From Octopus bimaculoides (Eukaryota): a stretch of DNA of 64,000 nucleotides. Both the position numbers and the translations under genes were made by a program. Positions 13,491-24,600 of the stretch are shown one piece after another. How positions within the stretch are numbered: position 1 is the first letter of the stretch; each line of letters opens with the position of its first letter. Below the pieces are notes generated by a model. That model saw only the letters and a list, made by a program, of their open reading frames with translations, made no database searches and was not told the DNA's origin. The stretch spans positions 82,157,949-82,221,948 of the forward strand of contig NC_068984.1 of NCBI RefSeq assembly GCF_001194135.2. Reading direction: 5' to 3'.

Positions 13491-14128
13491 TCTTCCGTGA
13501 AGATATTGTCAAAACTTGTTGCTTCTCTCTTACTATTTTTTTAATTTTTGATACCTATTTTGTGTTTTATGTAAAACTTCTAAAAAGACAATTCGACTTG
13601 TTATCTGTTTCCTTCAGATAGACATTTTTGTTACTTGGTTCTTCACTCTTTATTGTGACAATCTGGTTTGCAGTGATGTTTCCCCCGGCATTTCATCTGT
13701 AGCATCATCCTTGCTATTGAACAGGCGTCAGGATTTCTGTTTCTGCTCATACTAAGGATTCTATTGAAGTTTTCCAAGCTTGTTATTGCTGAACTGAAAG
13801 ATTTGCCAGCATTAAATAATATTATCTGGGGGAAAAATCAATTTCATATGTATTTTTTCATGTAATTCGCAGTTTAAGAGTCCAGGAGTGTATTCGTTTT
13901 GGATATTTAGACCCCGGATATGTTGCGTTTCCTTTCTTGGCAAACCCACAGAGCAAATTGTTTTTAGCTTTCCGCTTTATGTTCATCTGTGGGTGGTATT
14001 GTTCCAGAATTGTTTAAACATTTCCCAATTTGTCTTCTTGGAATTGAATCGGCGTCAGAAAGTAATCCCAACGCGAGTGATAATCAACATTACTCTAACA
14101 CATACGTAGCACTACTATCTATCTAGAA

Positions 14129-14426
14129 CAGGGATTTTCAAACTTTTTGACTTGCGGACCCCTTTATATTTCAGGCTTTACCTTAGGGGCCCCCTAATAA
14201 ACACTTACGAAATTTATACATAAATATTTCCTTAAAATAACAAATATTTTTACATTTATTTATTTAACAGTATTTAACAAATAGGTTTATTGTCAATTAA
14301 AAGATTTCGATTAAAAAACATATATAAAATCAAATTGTCCATAAAAAGTATTTGCTGTCCACGGACCCCCTGTCTTGTCCTTGCGGACCCTCCTGTGGTC
14401 CGCGGACCACAGTTTGAAAACCCCTG
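14129..14426. mobile_element. hAT (Charlie-like) MITE, 298 bp
   Basis: TIRs CAGGGATTTTCAAAC / CAGGGGTTTTCAAAC; perfect 8-bp TSD ATCTAGAA (14121-28, 14427-34), matching the NTCTAGAN Charlie target preference. Confidence 0.92.
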
Positions 14427-14822
14427 ATCTAGAACATTGGTTCACAGGAGTCTTTCTCTGCTTATGTGTTTCCAGCAAGTACTGACCTTCAACAACAGTT
14501 TAAACAGAACATCAACGGCATGAAGCTCACCTGACACAACGGGCCGGCAAAAGTCATGGGCAATGTTCCTCCCTCCAAACTCAATAAGTAAAACAATTTT
14601 TTTTTAAGATTAAGCTGAGATGATTATTAAACTGTTGTCTTTTCAAAACTGATCAACAACGGTAAATCCATTGGATATTAATATTGTTTACACATAGGAA
14701 TTTTATATTTTCGGGATAAAGGGAAATTAGCAATTGTCATGTTTATACCTCTATCACGTTTATTCCCCACACTCCCATAATCGAAAACCCAGTGTCACAA
14801 TAACGCAGGTGGCTCTTCAGAC

Positions 14823-15139
14823 CAGTGGTTCTCAACCCGGGTGCATATAAGATTTTTGGAGGTACACAAAAAACAAAAAAAAGTAAATTGGAGATCCACA
14901 ATAGTATTTTTTTTTAAATTTGCTTTAGATGTATGTATTGGTATGTATTGCAAGAAACAGCTTGGTTTCTTTTTCTAATGTTCAACCGACACAAGTTAAT
15001 GTGTGTAAAACAAAATAGGAATTTTAAAAGAAGTTGCTATAAAACTAGTTATTAAACATCGAAGGCTATGGGAGTCCACCAGAATAAAATAGTAATGAAA
15101 GGGGTCCGTAGATAAAAAAAAAATGGTTGAGTACCTCTG
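14823..15139. mobile_element. hAT MITE, 317 bp
   Basis: TIRs CAGTGGTTCTCAACC / CAGAGGTACTCAACC; 8-bp TSD CTTCAGAC / CTTTAGAC (one mismatch). Confidence 0.85.
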
Positions 15140-16047
15140 CTTTAGACAGTTAATAAACATAAGGTAGATAACTCTATGTCCGAACTTTCCTAAAACGACA
15201 GTTTGTATGCAATCACTAGCAGCTATGTTGGCAAATAGAACTATTTAGATCTAAAATATATTATAGAACATTATTTATAATGGATAAACTTCAGAAGTGT
15301 TTTAGTAATGGGTATCTGCAAACTTATTTCCATTCAGATTAACTTACAGGGAACACTTGGAGCCAACAAAGGAACCTACACGATCGTTTCAACAAAATTT
15401 ATCTCAGACCAAACCCTGCTATCTATTAAAAATAGCTATAAAGGAAACATTGGTTATGTAGGCATAGAATAGTTAATCTCCCCGAGTTAACTTAGCGCGA
15501 TGCAGTATCGATTATAATAGTCTATACGTCGCCAAACCCGTAGAATTCTGTTTTTATTCTAAAACAAACATTCGCAAATAGAAACTTAATAAATTTATCC
15601 AAAACTCTTCTAAAATATTGATTACACATACAAATACCAACTAGGTCAGCTCTTATCGATTATACCTATGATCAAAGCATTCAAGTCGTAACCATCCTGT
15701 CATTGTATGTCAGGAACTACCTTGACCAATGTCTCTCTATCTCACGCGCGTTCAGCCATTGAGAAAGTATGAGATTTAGTATAAAAAAGTTCTTTATTAC
15801 TGTGGTATAGGGAATGGTGATGTCTGTGTATGTGCGCGCGTACGTGTCTGTGTGTGTAGTGTGTGTTAATATTAAGAAAAATTATCACTATGAGAGATGA
15901 GTGTACGGTAATCGAAAGACAGCGAAAATGTGCATATGAATTTATGTAATGGGAAAATTTGAGAAAGAGGAAGTGTGTATTAAAGAAACAGAAAGAGGGA
16001 TATATGTGTGTGTATGAGTTTAAGCTAAAAAGAAAATTCATGTAAAT

Positions 16048-16456
16048 GCGTAGGAGTGGCTGTGTGGTAAGTAGCTTGCTTACCAACCACATGGTCCCGG
16101 GTTCAGTCCCACTGCGTAGCATCTTGGGCAAGTGCCTTCTACTATAGCCTCGGGCCGACCAATGCCTTGTGAGTGGATTTGGTAGACGGAAACTGAAAGA
16201 AGCCTGTCGTATATATGTATATATATATATGTATGTGTGTATGTGTTTGTATGTCTGTGTTTGTCCCCCCAACATCGCTTGACAACAGATGCTGGTGTGT
16301 TTATGTCCCCGTAACATAGCGGTTCGGCAAAAGAGACCGAAAGAATAAGTACTAGGCTTCCAAAGAATAAGTCCTGGGGTCGATTTGCTCGACTAAAGGC
16401 GGTGCTCCAGCATGGCCACAGTACAAAGGACTGAAACAAGTAAAAGAGTAAAAGAG
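16048..16456 (+). mobile_element. tRNA-derived CORE-type SINE family B (octopus OR-like)
   Basis: tggctgtgtggtaag (A box), gggttcagtccc (B box), CORE-like atcttgggcaagtgccttctactatagcctc, internal TA/TG microsatellite, (AAAGAGT)n tail. Partial copies near 5700-5850, 37095-37160, 46710-46760 and 62690-62790. Confidence 0.8.
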
Positions 16457-17251
16457 GTTCCTATTTGACATAGAAATTTTGTAAATTAATTGAAGGGAGA
16501 TAATCGTGTCTAATTATCTGAATTTGGCATCAACATATTTTACACAGCAACGGTTATCGTACGTATGTATGTTATCAATCAGTTTCATTTCTGTATTTCT
16601 TGTCCATAGAGAAAGAGCCGGACTCTAACATAGATTCAAGGCTCCTTCATTGGAACTTTTATCAACATCATCTAGGTATTTGTGCATATGTGTGTGTGTG
16701 CAGTATTTGGTGTTAGTGTATGCGCAGATTTGTATGTTTGTTTTATGGATGCGTTTTTATGTCTAGATGCATGCATATGTATTTATGTGCTAAATTTTTG
16801 GAAAGTTTTACATATGTATGTAAGTATGTATGTATGTATGTTTTATGTATGTATATGTGTGTGTATGTATGTATGCATGTATGTATGTATATGTGAATGC
16901 GTGCGTATATCGAACTTGTTGGAAAGGGGTAAAAGCGGGAACAGAATGTAAAGAAAGACATGAATGAAAGCCAAAAAGTGTATGCACAGCACATGGAAAA
17001 AAACACAAAAAGACATAAATGGACAGTAAAAAGTGTGTGTGTGTTGCCAGAGTATGAGCATTAACTACTAAATGAAAACTAAAACTTCGTATAGCGATCT
17101 AAGGGGAACAATTACGTTACTATTACCAGTATATGTATATAAGTTCACATGTCGGCATCTCTACAGAAGTGTGACCCACTGATTTTGTTTCTCTATGATA
17201 TTCTTTAAAGTGCATGTTTTTTTATGAACTTTTCTAGAGAGGTGTACATAA

Positions 17252-18129
17252 CGATTATTGCGGTATACATTACGAGTATCGCTTTAAAATTTTCAAAAAA
17301 AAATAATAATAACCATAATCTGCATCACGGCAAACGCACCTCTTGAATTTCTTTTAAGAAATATGCATTTAATAAAGTCTTTGTGGAAGTAAAAATGTCA
17401 CTCAAAAAACATTTTCCCCATTTTTTTTGTAACCATACGATCGTAGTCTACACCATCTGAAATACCGCTGGAAAATTTCATTAAAACATATGCATTTTAA
17501 AGAAAGTTATGAAGAAACGAAGTTAGTGGGACACACCAGTCTTTGTATATGTAGTTATGCAGTTAGCATTATAAATCTAAAAGGAAATAATTATACGTTG
17601 ATAAAAAGACATTAGCTCAAAAACTAATATGATTTTAATAATTTAGATGCTTACAGATACAACTAAATGATACATTTTTCTNNNNNNNNNNNNNNNNNNC
17701 GATTATTGCGGTATACATTACGAGTATCGCTTTAAAATTTTCAAAAAAAAATAATAATAACCATAATCTGCATCACGGCAAACGCACCTCTTGAATTTCT
17801 TTTAAGAAATATGCATTTAATAAAGTCTTTGTGGAAGTAAAAATGTCACTCAAAAAACATTTTCCCCATTTTTTTTGTAACCATACGATCGTAGTCTACA
17901 CCATCTGAAATACCGCTGGAAAATTTCATTAAAACATATGCATTTTAAAGAAAGTTATGAAGAAACGAAGTTAGTGGGACACACCAGTCTTTGTATATGT
18001 AGTTATGCAGTTAGCATTATAAATCTAAAAGGAAATAATTATACGTTGATAAAAAGACATTAGCTCAAAAACTAATATGATTTTAATAATTTAGATGCTT
18101 ACAGATACAACTAAATGATACATTTTTCT
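17252..18129. other. 430-bp duplication on either side of an 18-N gap (likely scaffolding overlap)
   Basis: 17252-17681 = 17700-18129; N at 17682-17699. Confidence 0.85.
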
Positions 18130-18761
18130 TTTTATTAAACCACTTCAGTGAAGTATAGACTCCATGGATACTTGTGTCCAACCTTGTGCAGTTATTTAGT
18201 GATTAGTGAAACCCATGGGAATTCCACAGGTTTTGCTAGTTAAAACTGAGAACTGTAGTCGTCTGTTGTTATTGTGATGAAGCAGACAACAGGGAATGAC
18301 AAGCAATATATATATAGAGAGAGAGAGAGGGGGAGGGGGAGAGAGAGAGAGAACAGGAGAGAAAGAAACTATGATCATAAATTGAGGTGCTAACAGGGAA
18401 AGATAGGAAGAAAAAGGAACACTGATGGATTGATAGACTAAATATGTTAACACACACACACATATATATATATGCAAACATACATACATTAAGAACTGTT
18501 ATAGTTGTGGTGATGATGTTGCTAGGTGCAAACTAGGATGTTAATTAATAGAGATGATGGTGATTATAAGTAGTAATGAGTTGACAGCCAAAAAAGAAAA
18601 AAAAAAGTCATTTGATATAATACATGAGCCTTAGTACAAATAATTGTCATTGAGCTATGTGTGTTGCTGCCACCTCTTCTATCATGATTACCAACAACAG
18701 GCAACAAACATCAACATCATTTGTCATCATCTATTTTCCCTATTCCCCTCATGTTTTCCCT

Positions 18762-18796
<35 letters not shown>

Positions 18797-19639
18797 GTAC
18801 ACGCACACACACACACACACAGTGGAGTAGAGAGAAAGAGGCAGATAGTTATAGATATCTTTCCACCTTTGCTTCTTCCACTACTACTGTAACTAACAAT
18901 TATTATTTTAATTCTGAGTTACTTTTCTTAGCATGACACAAAAGGCAGGCAGGTAGGTAAGTAGGTAGGGACATACAGTGGTATTAATATATAGATTTTC
19001 TCAACATTACTTCTATAAGTACAGCAAAGTCTGTTTTGTTGAGTTCTTATATGGATGTATTCTGGCCTTATCAGACCAAAACCTATCCAGGGTTATCTCC
19101 TGTACTTTTTATCTTTTCCTCACCACATAATTATTTCTAATTAGATCTTTGATGCTCACTATGTTAAACATGTTAACATTAAAATATTTTTTTCATATGT
19201 ATGGCATCTCTGAGTAATAAATCTCAGAGTAATCTCTGAACTAACAGAATTTTCATCAAACATTTTCCAGTTATGATCATCACAACCTTTTTCTCAGGCA
19301 TAGTGTATTTAAGTCTGCATCGTTTGATGTGCCATTCCATTTAAGGAATTTTATGATGCATTTTTGAGGAAGATTTAGTTACTATTTCTAGCAGACCAAG
19401 TAACCATGTAGAACTCTATCATTTGGCTTAAGATATATATTGATTTCTAACATTAATAGAACATATACAGAAGATTGAAATGACTTTTGTGTACACCTCA
19501 TACTTGTTTTATTGAAAGAAAAAAGAGAACAGACTCCAGAGAGTTTTGAACTCGAAACTTATAGGAATGAAATAAAAATATTGTAGAGCTCTCTTTCTGC
19601 CAATTCACTGCTCTGAGACTTGGTAATATTAATTTCTTA

Positions 19640-20085
19640 TATAGGCATGGGACAGGAATTTGGGGTTGAGAAACAGTCAATTGTATCAACACCTCTCTAT
19701 ATCTGGTACTTATTTTATTGATCCCAGGAAGATAAAAGGAAAAGTTGACCTCACCGAGATTTGAACTCACTGTATAGATATGCAACTAAATGCTACAGAG
19801 CATTTTGCTCACCATCCTATTGATACTACCAATCTTCTTCCTTGATACTTGGTAATACCAAATGCCTATAGCAAAAATTGTTTCTAACACAGGTACAAGA
19901 TTTAAAATTTTGGAGGAGGGTGTTAATAGATTCCATCGACTCCAGTACTTTCTGCTACTTTAATTTATTGACCCAACAGGATGAAAGGTAAAGTAGACCT
20001 CAATAGAATTTGAACTTAGAATGTAAAGAACCAGAAGAAACATTTTATCTGATGTTTTATTAATTCTGTCAATCCATCACCCTTA
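19640..20085 (-). mobile_element. Two decayed SINE family A copies
   Basis: aaagttgacctcaccgagatttgaactc and aaagtagacctcaatagaatttgaacttagaatg. Confidence 0.7.
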
Positions 20086-20349
20086 TCCTTTTGTTATAAT
20101 ATTGGTACCTTATGTGGATAACTTTTACCACTCCAGCAGAACAAATACATAAGTTTAAGTTATCATGAATTATGAAAGAATATCCAATACCAATCTGCAG
20201 AAAACATGAATAAAAGATACATCTAAATAATTTAGCTAAGCTACAGACCAGTAATTTTCAACTTTTTACAATACCCAACACACACACACACACAAGATAC
20301 TAATGGTGTGAGGACACACCATCCTCAACACCAAGAATGCTGTTTGCTT

Positions 20350-20670
20350 TTTCATCATCCTCATCATTTAACGTCTGCTTTCCATGCTGGCAAGCCAGAA
20401 GGCTCCAATCTGATCTGGCAAAGTTTCTACAGCTGGATGCCCTTCCTCATGCCAACCACTCCGAGAGTATAGTGGGTGCTTTTACGTGTCACTGGCATGA
20501 GGGCCATGCTCAAATGGTGCTTTTTACGTGCCACTTGCACAGGAGCCAATCTGATGGTACTGGCAATGACCACACTCGAATGGTGTTTTTTATGTGCCAC
20601 CAGCACAGGAGCCAGTCAGGTGACACTGGCAACAACCATGCTCGAATGGTGCTTTTTACATACCACTGGC
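20350..20670 (-). mobile_element. RTE-3'UTR-type repeat with (GAT)n tail (SINE or truncated LINE)
   Basis: Reverse complement of the 45380-45600 LINE tail; further copies at ~22020-22270, ~23010-23100, 34403-34555 and ~46630-46700. Confidence 0.75.
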
Positions 20671-21562
20671 ATGGGATTTTTTTTATCATGACAAAATTAA
20701 AGTGGTTGTCTTAGAGGACACTGTTACATATTAAAAATGTTCCCGGATATCCTTTCAGCCAGTCACAAATGTTAAAATATAAAACAATTGACAATAGAAA
20801 ATTCTACATTATTCCAAATTCCTCTTTATGCAATGAATATAATAATTTAATTTGATGTAAGATGCGTAAATATATTTAGATTCATTTTGACAAATTTCAG
20901 AGTTAGAATGTTCTAAAGGAAGTTAGAGCACAAAGATCAGGAAATTGCAACAATTTCCATTCCATTGGAATGACTCACCAACTGTAATGTAGCTGAGTCA
21001 CATGGCTGTTTTTGCTGTTGTAGCTTAGCTCCAAACTAGCTCTTATTGAGCAGACTATAAGTATTCTACCGATAACCATTTTATCTTTTATTCAAATACA
21101 CTTATACAAAAGACTACATTTTTCAATAAATAACTCCCTTTTTTAAGATAACAGAGTATGAGTTGAGAGAGATTTGGTTGCTATACAGCAGAATTTGAAC
21201 TCTGTGAAACATTTTCGTCAATGCTCAAACAATTCTGACAATCAATTACCTATCATTAAGTGTTTCTCTCCTGCAACAAAGCTCTCTTAGTATTCTCACT
21301 GTATCTACACCCATTTCAAACTATATACTTGTTTATCATGTAATTGAGAAGTTTCTGAAGAAAATTCAAAAATAATAATTGTGACCTTCCTAAGATACAA
21401 CAAAATCTATTTCAACACATAAGTTCACACCAAGAATCATGCAAACCAAATGCAAAAATTAAATAAATGAAAATAAAACTTCTCCAAAAGACAATTAAAA
21501 AATAAAATTGCAATAATTTTATTAAGACAATGGAAACTGACGTAAATTTTTTTTAAAACAAA

Positions 21563-21606
21563 TCAACTAACATAGCTTTTTGGAGCAATAATCAAACTGT
21601 CAGCAT
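21563..21606 (-). CDS. CULT gene final coding exon
   Basis: Acceptor tttttattgcag; 44 nt encoding (Y)ADSLIIAPKSYVS-TGA. An AATAAA lies at 21523-21518 on the minus strand; others occur further downstream. Confidence 0.88.
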
Positions 21607-24600
21607 CTGCAATAAAAACAGAAAATAATTAATAGTGTTTATGTCAGTCAGACATGTTACATTTCCTTCTCTCAGTAAATAGATTTACAAAGGGAAATTA
21701 AGAGTGAAAGCATTTTATTTAAAGAGGAATTTCTATACAGAAATATAAGCAAATGCTCCACTTGATATGTAATGTCAGTATATATGCACCACAAAGTGAA
21801 AATGTATTGAGATGAAATTGGACAAAGAGAGAAGACAGCACTGGTATGATAGAATGTGTGTGAGTGAGGACAGCTGAACAAAGAAATACTGATCACTAAA
21901 TATGGATGGAACTTTTGAAGGAGGGAGATCCAGGGAAGATGTAGGATGAAGTAGTGAAAACATACCTCAAGATATTGAGTCATGTGGAGGAGATGACAAA
22001 AGACTGAGGTGATTGGCAATTTGCTGTGCTCACTGATGACATGTAAAAAGCACCCTTGCTTGTGAAATGTAATGGGGTACCCATGCTAGTGACACATAAA
22101 AGACAAGCAATACATACACTAAGTAGGGTGGTTGGCATTAGGAAGGGCATCCAGCTGTAGAAACCAAGCCAGAATAGATGACTGGACCCTAGTGCAGCTC
22201 TCCAGCCTACCAGCTCAGGTCAAACTATCTAATTCATGCCAGTATGAAAAACAGACATTAAATGATAAGAAAACCTACTTATCTCAACAAACACTCTTCT
22301 GACTATGGCACTATTCTCTCAGCTATTGTAACTATATGAAAGTGGAACAGCACTATTTCATCCTCTTTCACACTATCAGTTATCCTTCTCCTTGGAACCT
22401 TTTGTCACCCATCCTGCATTCTCAACATCATCCCTTACCACTTTATTTTCCCCTGAACACCCTCTTATATCTGCCATCAATCCCTCCATCCCTGTTTATC
22501 AATCGCTATTTCCACCCATGTGTACCTCTGGTTTCAGTCTCTGTAATTGTAACTTTCATCCCCCACACTCTACATCATACAACTATTTCTCATTTATCTA
22601 TTGTGTTATTATACTGTTGCACTCCGACCCCAGCCTTTATTTCTATTGCCACTTATCACTTCCTATTTTCCTCCCAACTGTGATTGACTAATGACCACCT
22701 GTGTTCGCTTTTATCTCCATCTCTAACCATCTGTCATTCTCCTTTCACACTCTTGGAAACTTACCCACCCTTTTCTGATAGTCTGCTTCTATTCACTCTT
22801 CAATTCATTTTCTTGTACCTTGAAGGTAATGCTTTGACACCTCATCACCATCTTTTCTCTCTTTCTAGCTGGAGCAGCCATATATCTCCTCTACTGCAAG
22901 ACACCTGTTCCTACCCCTTTATCCCTATTTAGCCTCTCAACATCTTGCATAAAGCCACCTTCCTCAATACGACACTCCCACACAGTTGAGGGGCCTTGTC
23001 TTTCAAGTTACTTGGTGACCTCAATAGTGCTGGTGCCATAAAAAAAAGCACTCAGTATACTTTGTAAAGTGGTTAACATTAGGTAGAAGATTCAGCCACA
23101 GAAATCATTAAGCAAACCTACAATCAAAGGCATTCCAGCTGTGATCAACCCATCCTTTTAGGAATATGCAAGACTACATATTCAATATTCCATTTCCTTA
23201 TTTAAGATGGTTAGGTATGTTTTGAGGGTGATGTAGCTGCATGTCAAATAACCATGCAGAGACCCTCATAAGCTTGGTTTTCTTCATTGTAAAAACCATA
23301 GATAAACCATGGATATTAACACTGGATGTACAAAATATTTCTTTCTTTGAGTTGTAGAGATACAAGCATGACATGATGTGTCTTGGATGTTAAACCTGAC
23401 AGAACTTATCCCTTTCCAGGTCTGAGACAGCTGATTTCTTACAGAGAGAAAGAAATAGAGAAAAATCAACCCCAATACTGGACTGGTACTTTATTTATTA
23501 ACCCTGAAAGTTGATTTTTTGTATTTTTGTGGAGTGAGAGAACAGATAGCTGAAACAAATATTGTGAGTTATTGTTACCCTAATACAGAGTTTTATAATT
23601 AATGAAAATTTAAAATGCATTTTTAAAAATAATATATTTTATATATTTGTAAATGATGTAGAAAATTTAAAACAAAGTGATATATGAAAATATGAAATAA
23701 AGAACGTCATATGTAAACAAACTTAAGTCTGTTTTTGAAGCGCTGAAATGTATTGTAGTATAAGTAGAAAGATAGATTTTTCAGCCAGGTTGCTGACAGA
23801 TTTTTCTGCTCTGTAAGGGATATTATCCCATGTATACTGTTCTATCAGTATTTATGTGTTGAAAAATATATCTTTCTACTTGTACTATGAAATAAAGAGT
23901 ATTAGTTATATATCTTGGAAAGATACAATTGGTGAAAAACTACTAATAATTGTGACAAGAGTTGGTTTATTTGATTGACTTTAATATTTAATAGACGAAA
24001 TATTGGTTTCAAATTTTGGCACAAAGCCAGCAAGTTCAGGGGTTGGGGTATGTCAATTGCTTCAACCCCAGTGCTCAACTGATACTTATTTTATCGACCC
24101 TAAAAGGATGAAAGCCAAAGTTGACCTTGGTTGGAATTTGAACTCAGAACATAAAGACAGACGAAATGCTGGTAAGCATTTTGGCAGGCATACTAACAAT
24201 TCTGCCATCTCGCCATGTTTAATAGATGAAATATTGAAAGCTTTACTCACATTCCTGATGTACTAAATGACTAAGGATTAATCCATAGAATGACTTTTTC
24301 TCTCCTGTGTGATAATCTGAATCAAATGATTCAAAAAACCTGAAAACACAAGAAACAATATCAAGTGAGTAAATGAGTTAACAAGAGAAGCCTTTACATG
24401 GTGGCTTGACATGCTAGAAATTGCAGCCAACTCTCCCTTAAATCACACTCAACAATCTTAAATAAGTAAAGGATATGCTAGATAATATAGTACTAGAGCC
24501 AGATCAAGCAAAACTATTTGTTTTAAATTATATATCTGTGTTGACCTGGGCCAAACAACAATCAAGTGAATCTAATAATAATTCTGCTTGTTCCTCTGTT

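Noticed and set aside
17252-18129. Apparent 430-bp tandem duplication
   Set aside because: Identical copies flank an 18-N gap; likely assembly artefact.
22280-22990. Pyrimidine-rich stretch vaguely like a Penelope-type 3' region
   Set aside because: No RT or GIY-YIG motif could be read; too decayed to call.
23284-23475. Alternative candidate for the CULT exon after HMGW (WFNIQDTSCH...)
   Set aside because: Lacks the conserved FYGL motif; 24339-24251 fits phase and family motif and links to the final exon.
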